DNA of 64,000 bases from Chrysomallon squamiferum (GCA_012295275.1 CM022670.1:2418001-2482000), one strand, 5' to 3'; numbered from the stretch's first letter, positions 10,301 through 25,093 are shown. The notes: generated by a model not told the origin, from the sequence alone. Program-made: numbers and translations.

Positions 10301-13300
10301 CAATATGCTGGTGATTGCCAAGAAAACTATATACTTAACATTCAAATTAGAACAAGATAGAAGAATAAAGTGAAAAAATCAACTTATTAGTATCTGTGAG
10401 TTTTATGTTGTTGTCATACTTTATTGTTAGCAGAGAATGAGATCTAGGGGAAAAAGTTATTAGGCATAGAAAATATATTTCTGGTTATGGTTTAAAACCT
10501 GGCAGTTTTATTTGAACTTACTGTTATCAAGACTGTAGACATCTTCAGGAACAGTAGCTTTTCTGTTGCAGGGTGGCATGGTTATATTTTCATTTACATT
10601 TTTATCTGGCTCTGTATGAAAAAAAAGAAGTTTAAAATGAAAACTCGTTTCACTTCGTTTATGTTAGCATGTTAATGAAATTTGTTTAAAATATCAAAAT
10701 ATGCAAAATATATTCAATGGCTTCATCGATTACTTCTTAGCTATCAGGAAGCTCACGTTTTCAACCTTTATCATAATAAGCAGAAAAAAGGAGAAAACAA
10801 AAACAATCTCAAAGATATGTTTTTCAAAAAATCTGAAAAGACCATATCATTATGAGATAAATACAATGAAATTCATATACATTCAACATGTCCTTGATAG
10901 AGAGAAACACTAATTAGTTATTCAGTATCCATGACTAAATCTAGATAGCACACACGCATTAGTATGATCCATTGTAAACAGTAATGATGTACAGTCATGG
11001 CTAGAGATTTGTTTATTTGTGTTTTCTTTTCAGTAAGACAAAATCTCTGATACATCTGTACTTTGAAACTGAATATCTTTGACTATCTATTATAAAAATG
11101 ATTTTAATGCCATAAAATATTTAAATTAAAAAGCCCTAAAATTATTATAACAAGTGCATGTTAATTTGTCCTATGGCAAAATACTTTAGATATTCTATCA
11201 ATCTGTGAAGAAGAAAAAAACAGTGCCATGAGGCAGGCATGTTATAATTAATTAAACAATATCATGATTACCATTTTTCATATAATATGTAACGTACGAT
11301 ACATTTTATAGACAGCTGTAATTTCAACATAGAAGCACACCAATAAATGCATGGATAAATTAATTAAACCCATTTATGTTCACAAACCTTTAGAGATTTG
11401 TAATTTTAGCTTTAAAAACTGTGGTAACACTGCTGTAACATTTGTTTTATATTTTATATAGTTGGAAATTGTTTGATATTGTGAAAATATCTCACCATCT
11501 AGAAGAGTGCTGCCCCCTGCTTCAAGAGCAAGGTTTGCTGCCTCAGACAGAGATCTTTCAAAGGATTGACCTTTGACCTGTGTCTGCAAACGAGTGTGTA
11601 CAGCTTTCTTCTGCTTGGCACTTCCAAATGCTTTTGTGAGCTCATCTGCCTAAAGAAACATTCAGTGTTACAGATGGACAGTTAGAACAGTATATTACTT
11701 AATTTAGTTGAAAATGTCATGGGTTAAAGTAGGATGTTATTCAAAATTAAGATATAAATTGTTGTTTATTTTTGCTGTAGGTTTTTGTGTGTGTGTTAAA
11801 ACACCCATCTAGACTGTTATCATCTTATATGGATTCATGGTGTGCATTTTCATATACACCTCCAACCTATGCATACCATTGTTTTTTCTTTATGTTATTA
11901 TGAAATTATATTAACTGCAATTTTGTATAAAAATGGATTGTTAATGACATGTGCAATGAAAAACACACATACATACAAACATATATTTTTAACAAATCTA
12001 TGGTCAGTTTATAAACAATGCAGCTAAGCGATGTAGAACTCAGCTTAAAAAGGAATCATTTTTATATGATTAAATCCAAGTAATAATTATTTCACTTTTC
12101 CACTGTAACTAGTAAAATTAGAATTCTGAACTGAATTATTTACATACCTTTTGTCTAAAACTTAAATTATTTTGATCTTCATCAAAAACTAATTCTGGAG
12201 GTTTATCTGTGAACCAAAAAACCAATATATTAACTATTTTTTGTCAAAAATACATAACAAACAGATCTACATGATATATTGTGATGGATACACATTTAGT
12301 TTTATAGTTAAATATTTTTGAAAATTATGTATATATCCCCTAGTAATAAAAGTGATATTTAAAGTTAACAGCCCTTGTACTGCTTGTTTCTGATATCTTC
12401 AATCAGTACCTTTTTTCACAGTAATCTTTCTTCAGGGCATTTTATTCAAAATTAAAAAGAACTACATTACAAACTGAAGACATTATTGTGTCATATTAAT
12501 TCATTTACAAATCTGACTACAAATTTAATAAATACCTTTCAAAACTGGTTCCATTTTAAACAAATCAACATCACAGACAGTCATTTTACCAGTGCTCTCA
12601 TTTACAATACCAACAAAGTACCTGCAAAATAAAATGAAATACAACAAGTATGTAAAACAAGAAATCCAAATATTTAAATAAAATATATTTCCTTCATACA
12701 TATTAGATGGCCAACTGTATCTCTGGAACTATTTGTTCATATATATATATATACATATGAATCAAAAAAAATAAAAATAAAAATTATAAAAATTATTTCA
12801 AAAATTACTCCCCCACTCCACAAATTTTGAGTTATAAACATATGAATGGAAAAATAGCTCTAGACAATATTTATTTCTTTTCTGTTGATAATTTTCTTAA
12901 TTGCATAGGTTGTTATATATATTATCAGCTACTTCTTCTTGGAAAAATAAATAAATAATAATAATAATAATAATAATAATAATTAAAAATAAGTATAAAT
13001 GTAATTTAGGAAATATTTTATCTCCTCCTTATTCCTTTTTCTATTTATATTTGAATTTTAAATTAACATAATTACTCAGTGCTCATATTCTTAAAATATT
13101 GATTACTTTTATATTAATATAAAATTAAACTGAACTCACTTGCACTGTTTTTGTAGTACATTTGCACTTTCATCAAAATTTTTCCCCACATAATATATTT
13201 TGTCGGACTCTCCAACCTAAAATAGAGAAATGTTGAAATTTCAGCCTGAAAATAGTTATCAGTATTTCTATATTTTTAAAGTCCAGAGAATAAATTTAAA

Positions 13301-14433
13301 GGAAAAAAATAATAAAAAATTAAAATGAATTGCATTAATAACAATAAAAAAATATTTATTTTAGACACAAAACTGCATTTCCTATCTTCAGAAAAGGACA
13401 AAGTTTAAAGAATTAATTAAACTTATAATTTTATAATAAAAGTGAAATATGAATGACTTTTTATCTGCTTGACATATCAAAGCCAAGATGTATATTTGCT
13501 TATATATTATACAAAATATGTGACTGTAAAACTGAAAGAATTGTTATATAATACTTTTTGCAGTTTTAATAAATAATGATGTCATGATTACATATGATAT
13601 AAAAAACATCTGTGGAATTTTAAAATTTATATTATTTTTGTCATGATTATTATTAGAAAGGCCATTCACTTAAAAAAAAAAAAAAAAAAAAATTGGATAA
13701 TATACTTAAAATATTTTTGGCCAATTTGTTACCATCATGAAAAGTACATTTTTAAAGATGGCATTACCAATATTTGCTGTGATTTCTTTCTTCGATTATC
13801 AGTATCTTTATGGCAATAGTGACCCAAAATCAACTGAGTGTGAGCTTTTCTTTTCAGTTTTCCAGTACTGCTGAAGTCCGCTACAAAGCAACCGATATTA
13901 TAGTAATATTATAAAATTGTTTATGATACACTTACTTTTATCTTACAAATAGTTAATTAATCAGAAATATTTCTGAATTAATAATTAGATCTATATTATG
14001 ACTGAACTTAATGAATGTGTGTCCATGTGTGTGTATGTTTCTTTATAATAAGTTATACAAATATAGTTTTTACTGTTATTCAACTTATTAAGTTACTGTT
14101 CAAATCCTTTTGTTAATTACTTTAAAATTTAATAAACATTTGAGCAGCAGTTTTAACACACTTCATCTGTTAGCATATAACCAATTACTATTGGTTTATT
14201 ACAGATAAAAAATAACTTACAAATAGTATATTTTAATAATCATATATAATATATATACTGTAATATAATGTATTCGACTACTCAGTCGTAACGAAAATTA
14301 GTCAAAAGATATTACAGTTACTGTTGTGGTACTGATAGTAATAGTAATAGTAAGCAAATAATAAACTCAGCAACATCATACCAACAATGGTCTTTAAGCT
14401 TTCTCTCTCAACGTCCACTGAAAGAACATTCAT
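7316..14433 (-). CDS. POLR1E: DNA-directed RNA polymerase I subunit RPA49/PAF53; 12 exons, 416 aa
   Basis: Phase-consistent GT-AG exons 14433-14382, 13880-13768, 13216-13140, 12621-12536, 12206-12148, 11649-11496, 10611-10522, 10135-10039, 9764-9625, 9188-9089, 7938-7816, 7475-7316 (1251 nt). Family motifs YFVGIVNESTGKM, ELTKAFGSAKQKKA, PPCNRKATVPEDVY, KDKLAYHILVLGLIIDDF, LYRMLGCKI. Confidence 0.95.
8186..8512. mobile_element. MITE, Tc1/mariner-pogo/Tigger type, 327 bp, in POLR1E intron 10
   Basis: Perfect 20-bp terminal inverted repeats CAGGTACCGGACCAATTATC / GATAATTGGTCCGGTACCTG, flanked by TA on both sides (8184-8185, 8513-8514). Subterminal TC(C/T)GGA repeats; no coding capacity. Confidence 0.9.
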
Positions 14434-14699
14434 TTTGGAATACAGAATATTAAGTCCTAATCTGGTACTAGATATGAAAACAACATTTTCTTTCCACTCA
14501 TGCTTGCTGTGTTTACCCACGTGCTTCGTACGTGATGTGCCAATTACATATAAGCATCTTTAATATAATTTAAATAGTAAGAAATATAAGAAATACTTAT
14601 TAATGGTATTGTTTCAGATATATCTCGTATTTACATAAAAGCAACTAATTATTTTTCCTTTATTTTATTTGGTGATTTATTATTTCTTGGATCTTTATG

Positions 14700-14850
14700 T
14701 TTACAGATTATCGGTTATCTCACAACCAATAATATCGCAGATGACTCGGAACAACTCGACTAAGTCCGTAGGAAAGAATCCGTCAACAGAACCTATTTAC
14801 CGAAACTTCCGAACACTTAACTGACAGCTCGTCGTTTTCCGTCTTTCAGC
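14700..14850. promoter_or_regulatory. Putative bidirectional promoter between POLR1E (-) and the CRAL-TRIO gene (+)
   Basis: Local CpG cluster in CpG-poor DNA about 300 bp upstream of the POLR1E ATG. CCAAT near 14726 and ETS-like ACTTCCG near 14806. Confidence 0.5.
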
Positions 14851-17606
14851 TTTTCTGTTGTGTTTTATTTTTATTTTTATTTTTTTCTACCTTATAGCTT
14901 TAGTTTATTTGTGATAAATATAAATTTATTAATCACAGCTGGTCGAGAAATTAAGAAACCATTCATATAGGAAGGCTGCTTTGTAAATACATCCATGTAT
15001 CCATATTATGAAAATTCCAAACCGATTGCTGATTTTTCGTGAAACTTACTTGACAATAATTAAGGTTAAAGATGTTTCAATATTAAATTTTAATACGTTG
15101 TTTTTCAACATGAAATATTGAAAATGAATTATCTGGGTAACATCGTGAAATAGAAAGAAGAAAAAAAATGCTGCGTTTGACACCACAAACGTTCAACACT
15201 GTAAGCTACGTTAAAGCAAAATTATTATTAAAATTTAAATAATAATAATATTATTATTATTAAAAACGTTTTTTGTTTTGTTAATAACAGTTTGAAATCA
15301 TTAAACAAGTAATGTAATAAAACAAAACAGAGCAAACAAACACAAGAAACAAAACCAAACCAATTTATTTCAGTTTATTATTATTGGTGTAAGTAATTTT
15401 CATATATACAAGACATAGACATATGCAATACTTTCATTTCTCATTAAATTAACACCGGTGAAATTGACCAAAATAAAACTTAACCACAACTTTAAAAATA
15501 CTACTACTACATGTCTAAATTTTTAAATAAATCTTGAATATAGTATTTTGTATTATTATTATAATGTTGTTTGCTTTTGATAAGATACTTTTTTTACTTT
15601 CTCTCTCTAGATACATATATTTTTGGGGGTCTTTTCATTGATTTATAAATTTTTAACCAATTAGCAGAGTTCAGCAATTCTAAAAAGTTTTTCTTCCAAA
15701 AATCTTAGCACCAGGTATTGAAACCTTTCTTCTTTTCCTCTATTTTTTCTATTTTTTTATTTAATGCATAAAAATAAACCAATATGTTTGTTAAGTTGCT
15801 TTTGGTAGTTGTTTGTTTTTAAACTTGAATTAAAATCTATATAAAAATAAATTTATTATTTTTTAAATTGTATAAAATAAAAAGAGAAAAGAGAAAAAAT
15901 AAACAAAAAAAAAAGAGTAAAAAAACAAAAATTATCTTTATTTTTATTTTTATGTGTTTTATGAATGAAATGTAATGAGTTTTAGAATAAAGAGTGAACA
16001 GTCACAAACTGATTCCATCATATTAGAGTTCCAGCTGGCATTTGGATTATTATTTCTTTAGTAATTAGTTACACGTACGACAACTCGAAGAGTGTGAGGT
16101 TGTATCTCATTACATGTTCCAGAGCTTGCCTCATTTTTATTGGTTAATGTTAATTCACCAATTTGCTTTTAAAATATGGAAGAGTGATGTGCTTGAAAAT
16201 CAGGATAATATAAAATGGTTTTGTGTTTAATTCGTTATCTCTTCTGTGGTAAAAACTGAAAAAACATCCTAAAGAAAATTATCAAATCCACAAGAGACTT
16301 TGAGTCTGTCAGAAACACATACATTATTAATCACACATCAGAATGATAGAAATTATTATTAATTAATACAGCTTGGGGACTACTGGTTTCTTATATCTGT
16401 AAAAACACTGACAGAGTAAAGTTTCAGTCCTTTATACAATTACAACTGAGGCAAACTGAAGCCAGTTTGTGCTGTCACAATTTACATTCAGTTTGCCCTG
16501 CTGTGAAATATCATTGCAGCAAAATCAATCAATATGTTCACAGTGAACCTGTGCTTCTGGAAGTAGGATGTCTCACTTTTAAGCACCTGGTCATTTGGAA
16601 TTCTCTGAGCTGGTAACTGAGCAAGCTGTTCCTTGTCTTTGAATCATAGGAAAGTCAGTTGCCATTACTAACATTTTGTAACAGATGTATCAGACGTTTG
16701 GACATTTTTGAAGACATGTCGTAGCAGGTACTTCTGTTGTTGTGTTGCTTAAACATTCTGGTTAATACAGTGGCAAAATTATGGTGAAAGGAGGCAGACA
16801 TCTAGCACAAGAATTTATTTGAAAAATAATTATGTTCATTTTGAATATGTGAGATAACCTGATATAGTTTTTAAATTTGTTTTTGTTACATAGCATTTAC
16901 TTATATAAATGTGTGTGTGTGTGTGTGTGTGTGTGTTGTAAGTTGAATTAAATATAAGATACTAAATAATGCAATGAATTAAATAGTAATAGCATATTTA
17001 TGTGTGTTTGTGTGTGGGTGTGTGTACATGCATATTTTATTTGTTTATTTTTCTCTATTTTGAGTATATACAAAAACAATTACAACATGATACATGTGTG
17101 AATGTATTTATGTATGTTGTAATTTTCTTATATTATTATCAGCAAAAGCCAGCATATGTGTCTTATAGTGTATCTGTCATTACAAACCAATCACATTAAA
17201 AATACAAATGTACATAGTTTGATCAAAATAATTGTCAACCTGTTTCACACACACATATATTTTGAATATACATGTATACCAAAACATATATATTGTTAAT
17301 AAATGCTTGTAATAAAAAGTAAAAAGATAGAAATGGTTCTGAAAATGTGATTCTTTTATTGTAATTTTTTTTTATTATTATTATTTTTTTCAGATGTTCA
17401 GATAAAACAAACACAAACATTAATTTATTGACCATTTATTTTCCATTTTTCCAATTTCTTTTCAATGATTGTAATATGTGTGCAGCAGTGTCTGGTTGGG
17501 CACTGATTGATGTGGTTGGTGTCAGTTTTCTGATCATGTGTGGAATCATGGAATAAAGTTATGTATTATCTCCTGACAGATGTTTCAGTGGAGGAAGTCT
17601 GACAGC

Positions 17607-18154
17607 ATGGCAGAAAATGGATCTGCAGATGAAACAGATGACAAGGATTTTCAGGAGCTGAAAAAACGATGTCAAGTAAGTTGTACTTTCTGAACATTGT
17701 GTGTGAAAACGTGTGAGTGTGCATGTGTGTGTTCATGTGTGTGGTTGAGAGAGTGCTGAGTGTTTATGAGTATGTGTGGTTTATGTGTATGTCTTTATTG
17801 GTTTGTTGGTTTTAAAGAGTAAATTATCTTTTTCATTTCATAAAACTCAGTTATCAACATAAACAGAGAGAGAAATAATTTTTGGAATATAATTATGTTT
17901 ATTTAATGTGATTTTGTTAAAAACAACATAATTCAATAATGTAATACTCTCAAACAGGTAAATAACATAAACAGTTTTTAGGAATTTATCTCAGTTCTTG
18001 GTGTTCACTGAATATTTGTTTATTACAAGTCAGCCATTACCTGCAGTTTCTGTTACAATGATGGATTGTTAGGAGAAATTGTAACAATTTTTACAGCCTA
18101 TTACTGAACTGGTCGAAATGCACAGCTGTTCAGTTTGATGTGAAAGCTGACAAA

Positions 18155-18218
<64 letters not shown>

Positions 18219-21200
18219 ATTCAAGTTCAAATGTTTGTGTGTGTTCATATGTCTGTGCATTTATGTATTCATCTGTATGACATTTGAAGTAAATTTCTTT
18301 AACTAATATGAATGTATGTGAGTGTATGTGTGAGTATGTTTGTTTGTGTTTTTATATGTGAGTGTGTATGTGATTATAAGTGTTTTATTGTAATCTGGGT
18401 TCAGAAGTCTGCAGCACTGTGGGAACTTGACATTAAAATAAAATATTTCCATCAACAGGTGACCTGTTTTGATCTCTGACTTAAAAATGTCAGTTTCTGT
18501 ATGGTGCTTTAAAAACTGAATCAGATCACCCCCCCCCCACAAAATGTTGAAAAAAGCACCATTTTGACCTAAAATAATATTTACATCCATTTTTTATTTT
18601 GTAAAGATTTGTTACTTGAAAAGAACATACAAGTTAAATTTTATTATCAGGAAACAGAATTTAAATATATACATTTTATGAATATAAAACAGATTAAAAA
18701 AAAATAAAAGCCGAAAAAGAAACCAGAAACAACAACAACAACCAAAAAAATCCCCCCAAAACAAATATTATATAAAAATAGAAATGAATATGTCCTCTAG
18801 GAAATAATCTTTTTCAAGTAAGAGGTATTAACTATTTAAAGAAAAAAAAGTTTGAGTTGAGAAATTTTGGAATCTTAGTGAAATTAAAAGTGTAAAATTA
18901 TCCAGATTAAAAAAAAAGTTTTCAAAAAATGAGTGTTGTAATTTATAAATAAATATAACTGCTGCTGCTGCTACTCTAATTATTGTTAATTTTTAATCTT
19001 ATATTAGTTAGGTATGAATAGAAATATTACCTTAAAGAAAATAGAAACCTAATATTTTGATAGTAAATCATTTTTATATAATACTTATATCTTGTTTTCT
19101 ACAAAAAAATCAAAACAGCTTCAAAAATCTTATTTTATCCTTTGACTTTATAATTCCTTGAATAGATTACAGATATATCAAAGACTTATTTTCACCAGTT
19201 TAAAAAAGTCCAATTCATTTATAATCATTGTAGCTTTTTATCAGGATAAAACTGTATTTCTGAGGAATTATTGCAAATAAGCCATCCATATTTATTATTA
19301 TTATCACCTGAGTAGACAGATCATAGGTAACAAGTCTTACAGTAATTGAACTCAGTATAGATCACTTCCTTCACTGCTGATTGCTTGGCAGGGTTTCTTG
19401 TAGGCTTAGTTGAAGACTGTTTATTGACATTCAGACTTGTTGACTTTGTCCATATGGCAGAGGGTATGCTGTCTCTCACAGACACGTGAAGCATGGGGCA
19501 CGATGGTTGTTGAGGAATGATTGGTTTGGGGATCAATACTCCTTGTGTTCTGATTGAGCTATTTTTACAGTTCCACAGATTCTCAAAGACTGTTTTATCA
19601 AAGGCCTGTGGGAAGGTGCTGCTTGTGAACAAATCCTTGCTGCTAATTTATAAGAATGGTTTATGAACCCAGTTGACATCAGTCTTATAAACTATATACA
19701 TTTTTTTTTATAGGTAATCACATGTTTGACCACTAATAATCATTCAGAGAAAATTTTGAATCATTTGGATTAAAGAATACATCTGGTGTCATGTACAAAA
19801 ATATAATGAAAAAAAAAAAAAAAATGATATAGTAAAGAAAAAATTAATTGTTTTTCTAATATATCTTAATAAATATCAGAATAGGCTGTCATTTAAATAT
19901 ATATATATAGATATAGATATCTAAACAAAATATTCTATATGCTACAAAGGAAGAGTTATGCAGATGCATTGTATAACAAGATTTATAAGATTTGTCTTGT
20001 AATGCTGCAAGAAGCTGAAACTGTGGTATTGATTTGAGAGTGCTGGTGTTTGTGTTAATTATTTCTGATAGCCTGGCCTCAGCATTGCCAAATGACCAAT
20101 ACACTGACAGCCTTTATAAGCTGAGAAAACTTAGCAGTCGATAGTATCACATGTCTGTGACATGTTTACTACTGTGAACTACTGTCTCTAGGCTATTCAA
20201 GCTATGAACATCTGGTCAAACAGAAGTTTTCTTCTCTTTTTCTTCTTCATTATATATCAAGGACATGCAAGTCATATTAAAAAAAACCCTCAGAACTTCA
20301 TTTCTTGTTAGTGTGTAGTATGTGAAATTATTTTATTTTTTTTTTTTTGAATATTCTTCTAGCTATAAACATCTGGTTAAAGAGATAGTTTTTTGTTCTG
20401 TTTTTTTTTTTTTTTTTTTCAAGGACATGTCTAAAACAGATTTAAAAATTTTTTAGAACTTTATTTATTGTTAACAATTGTCATATGAAAGTTATTAGCC
20501 TCTAGGCTGTTCAAGCTGTGAGCATCTGATCAACAATATAGTTTTTTATTTTTGTTATGGGTTTTTTCAAGGACACATAGATTAAAAATAATTGTTGGAC
20601 TTTATTGTTTAGAATAGTAAAATTGTATTTTCTATGATGCCTCTAGACTCTTTATGTTGTGAACATCTAATCAGAGAGGTTTTTCCCATGTTTTTTTTTA
20701 CTGTTTTTCAAGGACATTAATCATAAATTGAAAATAAATACTTACTGTTTAGAATGGTCATGTGTTTACTATGAAAGTATTATGATATTCAAGGTATGCA
20801 CATCAGAAAATATATCAAGAAGTTTATTTATTTGTATTTTATTTACTTATCTATTTATTTATTTGTTTATTTGTTTTAGTTTGTTTAATTTAATCTAATA
20901 GACTCTATTTTTTAAATCAAGTATAGTATCTCTGAGATCAACATTTTCTTTACATCAGTTTCCCTGTTATTCATACATTTATTTTGTTGTAATGTCTTCT
21001 CCAGCTATAAGATTGAGCTTCATTGATTTTTCTCCTTTTCTGATTTATCTGTGGTGTCCATTATAGTGTGAAACCTAAATTATTTTAATTACACTTGGTT
21101 TACTTTCACCTAACAGTTTGCTCTTTTTTTTCTCTTTTTTTAATATCAATAATTGCTGTTCAAAACAACTGCTGTTTCAGTAATAAATTGAATTTTGTTT

Positions 21201-24200
21201 TTAAAGTTTTTAAAATTTTTTTTTGTCTGAAGAGAAAAAGAATGATCTAAGTAACAGTTGTTTATTTAGATTTTTATAAAACAGATGTTATATACTGGTT
21301 TTTTAATTTGATGTGATCAAGCTTTAAAAATTACTGGTAAAATAATATTTGTTTATTTTTTATGGATATTTCACACAGAAACAGAATTAACAGCTTGGAC
21401 AAATAGTTAAAAAAAAAGAAAAACAATACATTAATTACCCTCATCAGCATTAATATAATCAGCAAATTCCTTTCTGACACCTGCAATGACAATGATAAAA
21501 ATGCAAATCCAGTGCTAGATTTAGCTTATATAATTGTATTCATTGACATGTTTAAATTTACTGCTAATCTGTGTCACAAAATGTAGACAAGGCAGCGAAT
21601 GAAATGTTGTATAATTTTTTACATTTAATTCATCAAAACATATTACAACTGCTTTTAATGTTACTACTGGCTAGTGATAATGAGATTCCACTTTTTAGCA
21701 TACTGAATCTTTTGTTTTAATGTGAAAATATTTTCTGAATGTCAAGTGACTTGTGTGGTTAGCAGTCTGATTTTTGCATAAACTGTTGTCATATAATTGT
21801 TCATCTTCTGAAATATTTAACAAATGATCCTTTTTTTTTTTTGTAAGAAAAAATCGTTTAAAAAGAAATGCCAAAACTTTGCTTGTATTCACTTATTTTA
21901 CTGTTATAATTATTTTGTATTGGGCAAATTGCTTATGATAAAATAATAATAATATTTTTTTTTTTTTTTCAAAAAGTAACCATTTCTGAACATTATAATA
22001 ATTATTTAAAAAAAAAAAAAAAATGAATAAAAAAAAAAAAAAACCCAAAATACATTCTCTTTCTTTCCTGTGATTATTTTTGAACATTTATTATTTCAAT
22101 TTTTTTGTTTCTTTTTGTCAGTCTCAAATTTCAAACCATTCACCTTCTTTCCTTAACATTTTAGGTTAAATAACAATTAATTATTAACATGTATAACAAA
22201 CTGATGTTCAGTAACATTTTACTGATGTTTTATGTTTTTTTTCTTGTCAAAATAACCAGTAACCAGGTTTGCTATGTTTAATCCTGATATTGAAGTTAAT
22301 GGTAAAACGATAAATAAAAGTACTGGACACTGATCAAATCATTGTGTAATTTGGATTCATTTTTCATTGGTATATTGGTTCTGTTCAAACTCTCAGAAAG
22401 GTTAACATGGGAGTGGGGTATGCAATCAATGTGTTTGTCTAAATTGGTCATTACCTTTCTGTTGCTGACATAGTGCTGACTGGCACGTAAATCCCAGACT
22501 GTTTAATATGGTATTGTAATTTCAGAATGTCGTTTGTTTGTTACCCATCCTGATAAATCTATTGAGACTGTCAGGATTTTATTGTAAAGGAACAACCGTT
22601 ACATCCTGGTAGTCATGAAAACCATTCAGATATTCCTGTTATTATGATAATTGTAAAAGGCTGTCATAGATACGGTCTTTGTTTTTCAAAGAATCGTTTG
22701 GTGTGTGGTTGAATGAAAAGTCTCTCTGTTTATTCAGTTTAGAGGGCTATTAAGTCTGGTGAATTGTTAATAAAAGATGCTTTTGTTAAGTAACTAGATA
22801 CTGAATACAGAATTTACACAAGAAAGACTAAATAGAAGGAGAGAATGTTTGGAAAATGTTCACCATATTTTAGTGTTAAACATATATTGATTGTGAATAA
22901 TGATAATGAAAGAAAAAATCCATTGTTTCATGGCAAGAAAGTATATATATATATATATATATCCTAAAACTTTGATGGCCTTTGAAAACCAAATGCAGAG
23001 CACTGGCTGGAACTAGAAAGAGCAAAATTTGAGCACTGAGGAGGATTGATTGTATGGCTAATCATACATCAGTCACAGTTCAGAATAGCATAACTCCATG
23101 AATTATTATTATTACTTTATTTATTTATTATTGTTGTTGTTATTTATTTATTATTATAATTATTATTTTTAATTATTATTTATTTATTAATTACTGTTAT
23201 TATTGTAGTTGCTGTTATTTAATTAAATAATAATTATTATTATTATTGTTATTTATCTATTTATTTTATATTATTTTATTATTATTATTATTATTATTAA
23301 TTGATTTATTCATTCATTATTTTCTTATTTTTTATTTACTTTTATAAATAAAGTTGTCTTAAGTGCAGTTGTTATTTAAACAACAAGTAGTATATTTTCA
23401 AATATTCTGTAAATTGCATCAAAATTGATAGTTTCATTTCCATTGTGTTGTAAAAATTCATTTTATGGAACTAATTTCTTCTAATGGAGTTTGTGATAGA
23501 AGCGGAAATGACTTTGCACATTCTTGATGAATTGAGGATCAAATTTAGCCTACTGTGGTCATGTTACAATTGTACAGACTTCTGGGGTTTGTGATAAAAA
23601 CTTCACCTTGGGCCGATCAGAAGTGAGATTGGTAAATTAATTGTCTGATAGCAGTGTGAAGTCAGGGATGATGACTTTTCTCTAGACAGTTGACTAAACT
23701 GGGCCAGGAGACCAGATTTCAACATTGTATGCCATTAAAAAGAAGGTAAATTGTAGTGGATTTGAAGTAAAGTGTAAATCTGAATCTGACATCAGGTAAT
23801 TGGGAAAAGTTAATAAAATAAAAACAATTTTTAAGAAGTTTGGTGAAGAAATTGATATATGTAGTTTAACTGCCCCAAAATCAAAAAACAACAAAGAAAC
23901 AAATCAAGAAAAAAAAAAAAAAAAAACCCAAAACCCAAATAGTCATAGTATTTTACATTGAGAGAGAAAGAGAAAAAATAAAAATGAAATTCCATAAATC
24001 TTTAAAAAATCATAAATATATATATAAAAAAAAAAAAAAAAATAAATAAAGATTATGTAAATTTATGATTAATATCAATATCTTATGTTAAAAACAATCC
24101 ATTTGAAACCTAATCCGATATCAAAAAGTCAAGCAAAACAAAAAAATTTAAAATAACATTGCTTAGCTGATGTCATTTTTAATGAAAATATGATATCATG

Positions 24201-25093
24201 AATTTATAAGTCCATTTTAGAAATTGTCTTTTTAAAATTACATGACCTTTTATTGTATTATTATAGGAAAATAATGACAAACTGGTACTGACAGTAAACT
24301 GTGCATTGAACATTTCAAAAGTATTATCGGTGATTTTTTTACAATTGATTCCATTACATTGCACAAAGAAGATAATAGATGACAATTGACACGATTAATT
24401 CAGCTAAACCCCAATGACACAATAAATATTGTAGTTTTTCTGTAGAGTCTAAATAGGCCTTGACGTTTTGTGTGCATTTTATTACAAGTCACGCTGACTC
24501 ATAGTGTGTGGGTGGGCTTAGTGTGAATCAGTGGTTTGTGAAGCAGAGTCTTGGAATGCAGTCCATAGTGTTCATATTGGAACAGTTTTCAGTTCAGCCA
24601 CTGTTCCTCTAATATCAATATATTATATATACTCTGCATTGTAAGCATAAAAAAAGTGGTACGAAACAGTGGACTACTATTTTATTTCATTTTGTTTTTA
24701 ATTTAATTTAATTTTTATACTTATTTGTTTTGTTATTTTTATTTTTTTATTTATGAATTTTTTTTATTTTTTTTTATTAATATTTTTTATTTTAGATTTG
24801 TAGATTTTTTTCTGTTTATTTTAAAAAGCTTTGATGTTGGCTATTCAGAAACATTGATCAGGTGTTTATAAATAACTTTATTTGAAATCTGTTTTTTGGT
24901 GGAACATAAAATAATATTTAAAAGTAAAATTGAACTAATGCTTTCATCCCATCTGCAACATAATTTTAATTTATTTATTTACACTACTTTGACTGTATGA
25001 TTGTATACTGTTGTATTTTAATATTTTCTTTATGTATTTAAATAGTTAATGATAATTTTTATGTTTTTGTATGTATGTATGTATGTATGTATC

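Noticed and set aside
10981-11052. C/D snoRNA-like ATGATGT...CTGA with GTA/TAC ends
   Set aside because: Imperfect box C and antisense to the host gene POLR1E.
14434-14520. GTG-initiated N-terminal extension of POLR1E
   Set aside because: The ATG at 14433 already gives a typical-length RPA49; the extension has no supporting motif.
19321-19632. 103-aa minus-strand ORF as a nested gene
   Set aside because: Non-ATG start, no recognisable domain, no phase-compatible partner exons found.
20150-20810. CRISPR-like repeat/spacer array
   Set aside because: Eukaryotic context, degenerate repeats, related T-rich intervening sequence and no cas genes; an ordinary diverged tandem repeat.
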